Origin: Candidatus Saccharimonadota bacterium
GTDB taxonomy: Bacteria; Patescibacteriota; Saccharimonadia; Saccharimonadales; JACDBH01
Direction of reading: 5' to 3'
NCBI GenBank assembly: GCA_013694995.1
Contig: JACDBH010000001.1
Coordinates: forward strand, 2,145-66,144
DNA length: 64,000 bases
The position numbers and the translations under genes were made by a program. Shown piece by piece: positions 53,618 through 62,808 of the stretch. Each line of letters starts with the position of its first letter. The stretch's first letter is position 1. The notes beneath the pieces are model-generated. The model was not told where the DNA came from. It worked only from the letters and a program-made list of their open reading frames with translations, and made no database searches.

Positions 53618-54364
53618 ATGGATGGCATTCTACTTATTGATAAACCCGAGGGCTGGACGTCTTTTGACGTGGTGGCCAAAGTTCGCGGCCTGCTTCGGCA
53701 GGCCGCCAGTGAAAAGTTGAAAGTTGAAAGTGAAAAGTATGAAGCACCTTTTAACTTTAAGAACTTGCAACTTTCTACTCGCGCACCAAAGGTGCGCGTG
53801 GGGCATACGGGAACCTTAGATCCGCTTGCAACAGGGTTACTTGTGATTGTTGTAGGCAGTTATTGCAAGCGCGCACAGGAATTCTCTAAGTTGGACAAGG
53901 TTTATGAAGTTACTATGAAACTCGGGCAAACTAGCACAACCGGAGACGAGGAAGGTGTGAAGACAATAACTAGTAACCAGGAACCAGAAACTAGGGAAAT
54001 CGAGGCAGCTTTAGAGAAATTCAGTGGCGAAATCATGCAAACACCACCCATTTACAGCGCCATTAAGGTTAACGGCCAGCGGGCTTATAAACTCGCTCGA
54101 GAGGGGAAAGAAGTCAAGCTCGAACCTCGGAAAGTAACTATTTATAATATTCAGCTGACAGATTACAGTTATTCAGAAGTAAAATTCACTGCCAAGGTTA
54201 GTAGCGGAACGTACATTCGATCATTGGTAGAAGATATAGGCAAAGAACTCGGCACTGGAGCATATATGAGCGGTCTGTGTCGAACAGAGGTAGGTGTCTT
54301 TTCTATAAAAAATGCTAACCCGGTGCAGGGAGTAGACATCACGAGGCATGTATTTGACATATAA
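53618..54364 (+). CDS. truB: tRNA pseudouridine(55) synthase
   Basis: GILLIDKPEGWTSFDVV and RVGHTGTLDPLATGLLVIVVG (catalytic Asp), separated by a ~29-aa insertion absent from E. coli/B. subtilis TruB. Confidence 0.9.
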   Translation: MDGILLIDKPEGWTSFDVVAKVRGLLRQAASEKLKVESEKYEAPFNFKNLQLSTRAPKVRVGHTGTLDPLATGLLVIVVGSYCKRAQEFSKLDKVYEVTMKLGQTSTTGDEEGVKTITSNQEPETREIEAALEKFSGEIMQTPPIYSAIKVNGQRAYKLAREGKEVKLEPRKVTIYNIQLTDYSYSEVKFTAKVSSGTYIRSLVEDIGKELGTGAYMSGLCRTEVGVFSIKNANPVQGVDITRHVFDI

Positions 54365-54382
54365 TAGCAAGGGTTATATAAT
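54354..54382 (+). promoter_or_regulatory. perfect consensus sigma70 promoter TTGACA-17-TATAAT
   Basis: TTGACA 54354-54359, 17-nt spacer, TATAAT 54377-54382. Overlaps the truB stop; ATG 54391 lies 8 nt downstream. Confidence 0.7.
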
Positions 54383-54390
54383 GTATGTAC

Positions 54391-54747
54391 ATGTGGAATA
54401 ATAAAGAGCGACCTGAGTTAGTAAAGCGAGCAATTTATACTAGGCGAAATGAAGTAGCTATACACGAATCCAGAGCTACGATTAATAGAGTACTTGCGGC
54501 GATTAATCTAGGTGCTGCAGTTATGGAAGGGTCGATCGTATTGCAAAATGTCGTGGAGCACAAAGGTGGTCTTAATCTTTTTGTGTCCGTAGGGCTTACA
54601 GGGCTTTCTTCAGGCGTCTCTGCTTACACATTTAGCCGTGCCGCGAGCGAGTCTAGAACTGCTGAAACATTTAGGGCTCAGCAGCTACAACTTGAAGACG
54701 CTGTACTATTACAGCAAACTCATGTCTCATCCAATGAATCTCTGTAG
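54391..54747 (+). CDS. hypothetical membrane protein (~118 aa)
   Basis: ORF with two hydrophobic segments. Start set at ATG 54391 because ATG 54385 lies only 2 nt after the -10 box. Confidence 0.45.
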   Translation: MWNNKERPELVKRAIYTRRNEVAIHESRATINRVLAAINLGAAVMEGSIVLQNVVEHKGGLNLFVSVGLTGLSSGVSAYTFSRAASESRTAETFRAQQLQLEDAVLLQQTHVSSNESL

Positions 54748-54798
54748 AATTTAAGGGTTGAAAAAGTCTGACAGGGGTGATACAATTGGAGCCAAGAT

Positions 54799-55065
54799 AT
54801 GATTAGTAGAGAGAACAAGCAGAAGGTGATTGCAGACATGCAAACCGCTAAGAACGACAACGGTTCACCCGTTGTTCAGGTTGGCATTTTGACCGCACGT
54901 ATAACCGAATTAACTGGCCATCTTAAGGTTAACAAAAAAGATCATGCCGCCCGCCGCGGTTTATTGCAAATGGTCGGTCGCCGCAAGAAGCTTCTCCGCT
55001 ACATCTCTGAAAAAGACACCAATACATATCTGAAAACTATTGAAAAACTAGGTCTCCGCCGTTAG
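54799..55065 (+). CDS. rpsO: 30S ribosomal protein S15
   Basis: 88 aa; GSPVVQVGILTARITELTGHLKVNKKDHAARRGLLQMVGRRKKLLRY. Confidence 0.95.
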   Translation: MISRENKQKVIADMQTAKNDNGSPVVQVGILTARITELTGHLKVNKKDHAARRGLLQMVGRRKKLLRYISEKDTNTYLKTIEKLGLRR

Positions 55066-55229
55066 TTCTTTATTCGTTTCTAGTTAGACATTGTAATCAC
55101 AGTGTTTGCCATGAAATGCGTAAAAAACAGTTAACCGGAACTTGGTCTCAGAGCACAGCTATACGGCCGAATAAGCATTTCCAGGCGTATACCTGAACCT
55201 TGGGAACCAAGTCCGACCGAAAGGATAGA

Positions 55230-57368
55230 ATGGGCACAATAAACCCTCTCAATAAGAAAATTATTACCGTGGAAACCGATTTCTGCGGCCAAAAACTAAA
55301 GTTCGAAGTCAACCGCGTTGGTTTTAGAACTTCTGCGAGCGTACTAGTTAGCTACGGCGACACTGTGATCTTAGGCACCGCTATGGTCAGCCCAAATCGT
55401 ATTAAGGGCATGGACTATTTTCCGCTCAGTATTGATTATGAAGAAAAAATGTATGCATCCGGCAAGATTAGCGGCAGTCGTTTTATCAAGCGTGAAGGCC
55501 GTCCGTCTGATGACGCAGTTTTAATTGGCCGTTTGATCGATCGCCCTATCCGTCCGTTATGGCCCAAAGGCTACCGTAACGAAGTCCAAGGAGTCACGTC
55601 TGTATTAAGCATGGATCCAGGCTTCCGCCCGGATATGATTGCCATGATTGCAATGAGTACAGCATTTATGCTCACTGGTGCGCCATTTGAAGGTCCGGTG
55701 GCCGGTTTACGCGTCGGTATGAAAGAAGACGGGAGCTTTGCTGCTTTTATGACGCTTAATGAACTTGAAACAGGCAAACTTGATCTGGTTGTTGCCGGTA
55801 CAGAACACGGCATTATGATGGTTGAGGCCGGCGCATCGGAAGTGTCGGAAAAAACCATTGTCGACGCTATGAAGTTTGCCTATGACGCGTTTCAGCCTGC
55901 GATCAAACTGCAACAAGAACTAGTAAAAAAAGTCGGCGTAACAGCCCAAGAGTTTGAAGTTATTAAACCTGATACAGACCTCCAGAAGCGCGTTGACACC
56001 TGGGCTGCAAACAAGATGGGGAATAACCTACGCAAAGTATATCCAGAACGCAACCAGCTGGTACAGACATTGCGCGAGGCCATGCATGACCACTTTGCCG
56101 CCGAAATCGGTGAAGAAGAATATGCAGCTCTTAAAGACGAGTATGATGAAGCTTTAACTATGGCCATTCACGGTGATGTCCGCCTCGGCATTGTCAAGGA
56201 ATCCATCCGACCCGACGGCCGGTCATTAGACGAGATCCGCACGTTATCTAGCGAAATTAGTATTTTGCCGCGTGCCCACGGCTCAAGTTTATTTACTCGC
56301 GGCCTGACCCAGGCGATGAACATTGTGACACTAGCGCCGCTCTCATATGCGCAGATGGTAGATACTATGGAAAAAGAAGGTGAGCGCCGCTTTTTACACC
56401 ACTACAACGCGCCCGGCTATACCGTTGGTGAAGTCCGCCGTCTTGGTTCACCAGGACGCCGCGAAATTGGCCATGGATACCTAGCTGAGCGTGCTTTAAC
56501 AGCCGTACTGCCAGATGAAGCCGAGTTTCCATACACCATCCGTTCTGTCACAGAGATTATGAGCCAAAACGGCTCGACCTCAATGGCCGCAACCTGTTCT
56601 AGTACTTTGGCTATGATGGACGCAGGCGTGCCACTGAAGCGCCCGGTTTCCGGAATTGCCATGGGGCTAATGATGGACGGCGATAAGCCATATATTTTAA
56701 GCGACATAGCTGACGCCGAGGATTTTGCCGGCGACATGGACTTCAAAGTCACGGGTACGACCGAAGGTATTACGGCACTACAGATGGACATGAAAGTCCA
56801 CGGGCTGCCGGTTGAAATACTCGCTAAAGCCCTTGAACAGGGCAAAGCTGGCCGCGCCCATATCCTCGAGCATATGCTTACGACAATTGCGGAACCACGC
56901 AAAGAAATGAGCCCGTACGCACCGCGCGTCGAAGCCATCCACATTAATCCGGATAAAATCCGCGAAGTCATCGGCAAGGGCGGGGAAATGATCCAGAAGA
57001 TCACTGCCGAGACTAACACCGAGATTGACATTAAAGATGACGGCACAGTAATGATCGCCAGCCCAGATGGCGCCAGCATCGCAGCTGCTATTAAATGGAT
57101 CAAGGGCATTACCGATGATCCAGAAGTCGGCGCAATTTACGAAAATGTGCCGGTGGTGAGCGTGCTCGATTTTGGGGCTTTTGTGCAGATCATGCCAGGC
57201 AAAGACGGCCTTGTGCACATTTCTGAACTGAGCGAAGACCGGGTTGAAAAAGTTACTGATGTCGTTAAGGAAGGTGATAAGGTTACGGTCAAACTCATCG
57301 CGGTTGACGACCGCGGCCGACTAAACCTTTCAATGAAACAAGCCGCCCGCGAAGCTAAAAATAAATAG
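55230..57368 (+). CDS. pnp: polynucleotide phosphorylase
   Basis: Two RNase PH domains (RPDGRSLDEIR, FLHHYNAPGYTVGE, GSTSMA), KH (GKGGEMIQKI) and S1 domains. ATG 55230 follows AAGGA; the ORF-track TTG at 55200 is less likely. Confidence 0.95.
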   Translation: MGTINPLNKKIITVETDFCGQKLKFEVNRVGFRTSASVLVSYGDTVILGTAMVSPNRIKGMDYFPLSIDYEEKMYASGKISGSRFIKREGRPSDDAVLIGRLIDRPIRPLWPKGYRNEVQGVTSVLSMDPGFRPDMIAMIAMSTAFMLTGAPFEGPVAGLRVGMKEDGSFAAFMTLNELETGKLDLVVAGTEHGIMMVEAGASEVSEKTIVDAMKFAYDAFQPAIKLQQELVKKVGVTAQEFEVIKPDTDLQKRVDTWAANKMGNNLRKVYPERNQLVQTLREAMHDHFAAEIGEEEYAALKDEYDEALTMAIHGDVRLGIVKESIRPDGRSLDEIRTLSSEISILPRAHGSSLFTRGLTQAMNIVTLAPLSYAQMVDTMEKEGERRFLHHYNAPGYTVGEVRRLGSPGRREIGHGYLAERALTAVLPDEAEFPYTIRSVTEIMSQNGSTSMAATCSSTLAMMDAGVPLKRPVSGIAMGLMMDGDKPYILSDIADAEDFAGDMDFKVTGTTEGITALQMDMKVHGLPVEILAKALEQGKAGRAHILEHMLTTIAEPRKEMSPYAPRVEAIHINPDKIREVIGKGGEMIQKITAETNTEIDIKDDGTVMIASPDGASIAAAIKWIKGITDDPEVGAIYENVPVVSVLDFGAFVQIMPGKDGLVHISELSEDRVEKVTDVVKEGDKVTVKLIAVDDRGRLNLSMKQAAREAKNK

Positions 57369-57380
57369 GAGTCATAGCAC

Positions 57381-57953
57381 TTGAGTGCACAAGACCAGCA
57401 AGCTAAGCTCGATCAGATCAAGGCAGATATTCTTCAAAAAAATGTCTGCCCCAATTTGGCCAAGACAGCCAAACAGCTCGTTATGGGGGATGGTAACCCC
57501 GATGCAGATATCCTCTTCATCGGTGAGGCGCCGGGCAAGAAAGAAGATGAACAGGGCAAACCATTCGTAGGTGCGGCGGGCAAGTTCCTGAACGAAATGC
57601 TAGCGCTCATCGATCTCAAACGAGAGGACATTTACATTACAAATATCGTCAAATACCGGCCGCCAAATAACCGTGATCCGGAGCCCGACGAAAAAGAAGC
57701 ATTTTTGCCATATCTAGCCGAGCAAATTGCAGTAATCAAGCCGAAACTAATTGTACTCTTAGGCAGGCACAGTATGGAGAGCCTGATTCCAGGGCTAAAG
57801 ATAAGCCAAGTACACGGCGAACCGAAGCGGTATAATGGGCAGGTATATTTACCGCTCTTTCATCCGGCGGCAGCGCTATATAACGGAGGAATGCGCCAGA
57901 CATTAATAGATGACTTTATGCGCATCCCGACTATTTTAGAGAAAATTAAATAA
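57381..57953 (+). CDS. uracil-DNA glycosylase, family 4
   Basis: ILFIGEAPGKKEDEQGKPFVGAAGKFLNEML motif and a C-terminal HPAAALY. TTG start preceded by AGGAG. Confidence 0.8.
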   Translation: MSAQDQQAKLDQIKADILQKNVCPNLAKTAKQLVMGDGNPDADILFIGEAPGKKEDEQGKPFVGAAGKFLNEMLALIDLKREDIYITNIVKYRPPNNRDPEPDEKEAFLPYLAEQIAVIKPKLIVLLGRHSMESLIPGLKISQVHGEPKRYNGQVYLPLFHPAAALYNGGMRQTLIDDFMRIPTILEKIK

Positions 57954-57983
57954 TAATAATTTAACCAAAAGGAAACAAACTTT

Positions 57984-60068
57984 ATGGATAACAAACCAAA
58001 AAACAACAACCCAAGACCTGCGTCCCAAAACCGGCCAGGAAGTAATCAGAATCAGCAACGTAACAACGGGCAGAGCCAGGGCAACAGCTTGCGCAAGTCA
58101 TCCCGCGGGGCGGCTATACGTGCCCAGAAACGCGTAAACGAAGATGCTACAAGGCTAATCAATTCGGTTCTGGCAACCACGTCGCCATCCGACCAAAGCC
58201 GTCCGCGGGCAAACCAAATCGATGATACGCCGCGCCTAAAGGTTATCGGTCTCGGTGGCATGGACGGGGCAGGGTCAAAGAACATGATGCTAGTCGAATA
58301 TAAGAATGACGCAGTAGTTATCGATGCCGGTAATGACCTGAGTGTTGATTTGCCAGGTATCAACTACGGCATAGCAGACACTACTTATCTTGAAACGATC
58401 AAAAATAAGTTGCGTGCCTATATCATTACTCACGGACACCTTGACCACATTGGCGGCTTGCCCCATATCGTGCCGTTGTATCCGGCTCCAATTTATGGCA
58501 GCAAATTTACCATTGGCCGCGTACAAGAGATATTTGAGAATTTCGGCCTGCCACTGCCTGAAGGTTTTGAGCTTAAGACTGTCATGATGAATGAGGATAC
58601 GCACGAAAGGCTTAAGATCGGCGAGTTTTTCGTTGAACTCGTCCGCGTAACCCACTCAATCCCAGGTAGCACCGTGGTAGTTCTTGATACGCCCGTTGGA
58701 CGCATCATTAACACTGGAGATTTCCGACTTGACCCAAATCCGCTCGACCACGAGCGTACGGACGTTGATCGTCTGAAACAGCTTGGCGATGAAGGCGTGC
58801 TGGCCTTATTTAGTGAAAGTACTTCTACCGAACGTCCTGGCCGTACTCCATCGGAAAGCACTATCGAACAAAGCTTCGTAGATATAATGGACCGGGCTCC
58901 AGGCCGAATATTCGTTGGACTTTTTAGCACCAATATGAACCGCGTCCAGATGATTATTAATGCTGCTATCCACCACAACCGTAAGATTGCCATGGATGGC
59001 CGCAGCATGGTCTCTACGCTTGAAATGGCCGTACGCCACGGTTTTATGAAGGTACCAAAAGGAACATTCGTGCCAATTGCCTCGGTGCCAAACATGAAAG
59101 ACACTGACGTTGTTGTAGTCTGTACGGGCTCGCAGGGTGAACCTAGCTCGGCGCTGCAACGCATGGCTAGCGGTGAGCACCGCCACATCAAGCTAAAAGA
59201 GCAGGACACCGTAGTTCTCTCTAGCTCGCCGATTCCAGAAAGCGGTAATGACAAGCTTGTAGGTAGCATGGTAGACGGTCTGATGATGAAGGGTGTCCAT
59301 GTCTTTGAGCACAGGTTTCACGAGATTGATAACATCGGTCCGCTGCACGTTTCGGGACACGCAAGCCGGGATGAATACGCTGATATGATTAGCTACTTGA
59401 AGCCCCAGTTCTTCATTCCTATCTACGGCCCATTTCGTTCAAAGCGCCGGCACATTGATATTGCAATCGAGCAAGGCATTCCGCGTAAAAACACTGCTAA
59501 TGTTGGCAATGGTGAGATACTGGCTTTTACGCCTACGAGCATGGAAAACGCTGGTCAAGTGCCGCATGGTACCGTATTGGTCGACCAGACAGGTGCTATT
59601 GTCAGCTCGGTCGTCATTAAGGACCGCTTGGTACTGGCTGAAGAAGGCCTGGTTGCTGTCGTACTGACTATCGACCGCAAGAATGGCAACCTAATGACCA
59701 GCCCCGATATTATTTCCCGCGGATTCATATATATGCGCGACAACGAAGAACTGATGAATGGCTTTAGGACGGAACTCCGTAGGGCAGTGCAGCAGCGCTT
59801 TAAGCGCGTTGATTTGGACCGCTTTAAGCAAGAGCTGAAAGAGCACATTACTCACTATTTGTTCGAACAAACCCAAAGATCTCCAATTGTCATCCCGGTC
59901 GTAAACATTGTTGGAGGCGGCAAAGTTGAAACCAAGATTGTTGATGGAAATACTGGTAACGGCCAGTACCAAGCGGCCAAAACCCCTGAGGAAATCGCTG
60001 CAGCTCAGCAGCGCCGCTTCCAGGAAATGCGGTCCAAGCTCCTTAGTCAAGATGCCCGCACCGATTAA
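57984..60068 (+). CDS. rnj: ribonuclease J with Asn/Gln-rich N-terminal extension
   Basis: Metallo-beta-lactamase/beta-CASP: IITHGHLDHIGGLP, TGDFRLD, HVSGHASRDE. About 80 aa of low-complexity N-terminus. Confidence 0.88.
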   Translation: MDNKPKNNNPRPASQNRPGSNQNQQRNNGQSQGNSLRKSSRGAAIRAQKRVNEDATRLINSVLATTSPSDQSRPRANQIDDTPRLKVIGLGGMDGAGSKNMMLVEYKNDAVVIDAGNDLSVDLPGINYGIADTTYLETIKNKLRAYIITHGHLDHIGGLPHIVPLYPAPIYGSKFTIGRVQEIFENFGLPLPEGFELKTVMMNEDTHERLKIGEFFVELVRVTHSIPGSTVVVLDTPVGRIINTGDFRLDPNPLDHERTDVDRLKQLGDEGVLALFSESTSTERPGRTPSESTIEQSFVDIMDRAPGRIFVGLFSTNMNRVQMIINAAIHHNRKIAMDGRSMVSTLEMAVRHGFMKVPKGTFVPIASVPNMKDTDVVVVCTGSQGEPSSALQRMASGEHRHIKLKEQDTVVLSSSPIPESGNDKLVGSMVDGLMMKGVHVFEHRFHEIDNIGPLHVSGHASRDEYADMISYLKPQFFIPIYGPFRSKRRHIDIAIEQGIPRKNTANVGNGEILAFTPTSMENAGQVPHGTVLVDQTGAIVSSVVIKDRLVLAEEGLVAVVLTIDRKNGNLMTSPDIISRGFIYMRDNEELMNGFRTELRRAVQQRFKRVDLDRFKQELKEHITHYLFEQTQRSPIVIPVVNIVGGGKVETKIVDGNTGNGQYQAAKTPEEIAAAQQRRFQEMRSKLLSQDARTD

Positions 60069-60108
60069 TTCTTGTACCAACTCCTTAACATTACCCCATA
60101 TTAAATTA

Positions 60109-60137
60109 TTGACAAAAGACGAACAATTTGCTATTAT
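60109..60137 (+). promoter_or_regulatory. sigma70-type promoter TTGACA-17-TATTAT (leaderless configuration)
   Basis: TTGACA 60109-60114, 17-nt spacer, TATTAT 60132-60137, then 7 nt to ATG 60145. Confidence 0.65.
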
Positions 60138-60144
60138 ATATTTT

Positions 60145-60459
60145 ATGAGTAATAGCGAAAATCATGAAAACGACGATTACGGCCCCTTTGAAACTGAGCC
60201 CATACATATCCAGGATGCAATTGATTCATGGCACGATAAGATATTAGTACAGTCCAGCGAAGATTTAAGTAATAATAATGCTAGAAACGAAGTCAGAGGT
60301 GGATCAAGTCCTGAGCTTTTAGAGATAGAAAACCAAATTCAAAAGCTAAGGCAAGAGAAAGCTTTTGATCCGAATTCAGAACGAACTGCAGAAATAAAAA
60401 GCCTTCGTGAGCAGTATGATGAACTAATTCGCAACCGTTACCAAGGCCCGCCAGCATAA
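60145..60459 (+). CDS. hypothetical protein (104 aa)
   Basis: MSNSENHENDDYGPF... The in-frame upstream part of ORF 59908-60459 overlaps rnj and is rejected. A promoter lies directly upstream. Confidence 0.55.
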   Translation: MSNSENHENDDYGPFETEPIHIQDAIDSWHDKILVQSSEDLSNNNARNEVRGGSSPELLEIENQIQKLRQEKAFDPNSERTAEIKSLREQYDELIRNRYQGPPA

Positions 60460-60485
60460 GTGGTATAATAGTAGAAGAGAAATCC

Positions 60486-62654
60486 ATGGCAAAAAGAAAA
60501 AAACGAAAATCACGCAAAGTTACTGAAATTAGAGAACCCAATATGTTCTGGCGACAGAGCGCGGCATTGCTTTTGTTCGTGGTTGCTGCCTTTTTGCTGC
60601 TCGGTGGCTTCGGTACAGGCGGGCCGCTGCCGACAAACATGTTTAATGCGGTTTACTGGCTATTTGGCTGGGCAGCCTATCTGACTCCAGTGGCATTAAT
60701 ATATTTTGGCGTTTTAAAGCTCAAATCTGAGGAGCACCAGATTCCTTTTGGTAATTTTATCAGCATGATTTTGTTATTAACCTTTCTGGCTAGCTGGCTG
60801 CATACCGGGTTCGTTACGGAGTCAAGTGATGGCAGTTTCAGCGGTGGCTTTGGAGGTGCGGCCGGTCGGGTAGTTGGCGGGACGGCACTTAATGCGTTAG
60901 ATACTTTGCCGGCAGCTGCCATGTTCTTCTTTTTCGCCATGCTTGCCATGTTCTTTAGTTTTAGTATTTCACCGGGCGTTCTAATGAAGCTAGGTGCTTT
61001 CTTTAAGCCTCGGCAACATGAAGAAGATACGGATTTGGCAAGCCTAAAAATGGCACTACCTTTACGCAATTTCCAAACTAATGAAGGTGTGCCGATTGAG
61101 CATCATCGGGGTGGTGCGCTTAGAAATAGTGCCCCCACCAAGCTAACCAAAGACGAAAATCACCAGGCTCTGACGGTTGCCAGCGATCCGGACTGGCAAT
61201 TCCCATCCATGGATTTATTAAATCAAAAGCAGGATAAAGCTGACCCAGGTGACATTGGCGCCAACGTCAGTACCATTCAGGAAACGCTCAGCAACTTTAA
61301 TATCGAAGTTGAGATGGAGGAGGCCAATATAGGCCCTCGTGTCACTCAATATACTCTGAAGCCACAGTCAGGGGTCAAGCTAAGTAAGATTACGGCACTA
61401 GAGAGCAATATAGCACTTGATCTAGGTGCCCATTCAATCCGCATGGAAGCGCCAATCCCCGGCAAGAAGGCAGTCGGAATTGAAGTGCCGAACATTAAAT
61501 CAGCTACAGTACGCGTATCAAGCATTTTGAATGCCGCCGAATGGAAGAATCTACCCAATCCCTTAGGTATTGTCATCGGCAAGGATATTTCCGGTATGCC
61601 GATTGTCGGTGCCTTGGATAAGATGCCCCATCTTTTAGTAGCCGGCCAGACAGGCTCTGGAAAGTCGGTAATGATCAATTCGCTGCTAACGAGTCTTTTA
61701 TACCGCAACAGTCCCAGTGACCTTAAATTAATCTTAGTTGACCCCAAGCAAGTTGAAATGGCGCCGTACCAAGACATTCCACATTTGTTAACACCGGTTA
61801 TAACCGAGCCCGAGAAGTGTATTTCGGCTCTCAAATGGGCAGTAGCCGAAATGGAGCGTCGCTACCGGACGCTCGCAGAAGATAAAAAGCGTAATATCAC
61901 CGAGTACAATGCCGTCAAAAAAGAAGCTGGTATGCCATACATTGTTATCGTTATTGACGAGTTGGCCGATCTTATGATGATGGCGGCTCGTGACGTCGAG
62001 GCTTTGGTAGTACGTCTGGCACAAAAGGCCCGTGCAGTTGGTATTCACCTGGTGCTGGCGACCCAGCGTCCCTCTGTCGATGTCATCACCGGACTAATTA
62101 AAGCCAATATTCCTGCCCGGGTGGCCTTTACGGTTGCCAGCCAGGTTGATTCTCGCACTATTATCGATGGCGTAGGTGCCGAGAAACTCTTAGGCATGGG
62201 CGACATGCTCTATAGCACGGCCGACATGCCGAAGCCCAAGCGTGTTCAAGGCGCACTGATTACTGATGCAGAAACTCAAGCTGTAACAGACTTCCTGCGC
62301 ATGCAACGACCGCCGCAATATGATGACGAAGTTGTCAGCCAGCCGGTGCAGTTGAACGGCAAGGGTGGGATTGTGGCAGATTTCAATGAAAGTGGCGGTG
62401 GTCCGGATGGGGACATGTGGCGTGACGCAGTACATGTAGTACTTGAAGCCCGCAAAGCCAGCACCAGCTTATTACAACGCCGCCTGCGTATTGGTTATGG
62501 CCGTGCGGCCCGGCTAATTGAAACAATGGAAGAGCAAGGTATTATTAGCCAAGCTGACGGTTCCCGTCCCCGAGAAGTCCTGATTAGCTCAATGGACGAT
62601 GTATTTGGTAGCGGTGACAGTGCTTCGGTGGGCGCAGACTCCGAAGAAGTTTAG
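60486..62654 (+). CDS. ftsK: DNA translocase FtsK/SpoIIIE
   Basis: N-terminal TM helices, motor domain with Walker A AGQTGSGKS and Walker B IVIVIDELADLMM, and a C-terminal gamma (winged-helix) domain ASTSLLQRRLRIGYGRAARLIE. Confidence 0.93.
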   Translation: MAKRKKRKSRKVTEIREPNMFWRQSAALLLFVVAAFLLLGGFGTGGPLPTNMFNAVYWLFGWAAYLTPVALIYFGVLKLKSEEHQIPFGNFISMILLLTFLASWLHTGFVTESSDGSFSGGFGGAAGRVVGGTALNALDTLPAAAMFFFFAMLAMFFSFSISPGVLMKLGAFFKPRQHEEDTDLASLKMALPLRNFQTNEGVPIEHHRGGALRNSAPTKLTKDENHQALTVASDPDWQFPSMDLLNQKQDKADPGDIGANVSTIQETLSNFNIEVEMEEANIGPRVTQYTLKPQSGVKLSKITALESNIALDLGAHSIRMEAPIPGKKAVGIEVPNIKSATVRVSSILNAAEWKNLPNPLGIVIGKDISGMPIVGALDKMPHLLVAGQTGSGKSVMINSLLTSLLYRNSPSDLKLILVDPKQVEMAPYQDIPHLLTPVITEPEKCISALKWAVAEMERRYRTLAEDKKRNITEYNAVKKEAGMPYIVIVIDELADLMMMAARDVEALVVRLAQKARAVGIHLVLATQRPSVDVITGLIKANIPARVAFTVASQVDSRTIIDGVGAEKLLGMGDMLYSTADMPKPKRVQGALITDAETQAVTDFLRMQRPPQYDDEVVSQPVQLNGKGGIVADFNESGGGPDGDMWRDAVHVVLEARKASTSLLQRRLRIGYGRAARLIETMEEQGIISQADGSRPREVLISSMDDVFGSGDSASVGADSEEV

Positions 62655-62808
62655 AGGGTCATTGACAGCTAACTGAAAAATACAATATTTAATTAACTAA
62701 TTGCTGAATAAGTTTATTCAATTAAACTCTTGCCCCAAAGCATAAGCAGGGGTTATGCTAAAGCTAATATGTGGTACGCAAATAAAAACTTAGGGTCAGG
62801 CTGCTGAA

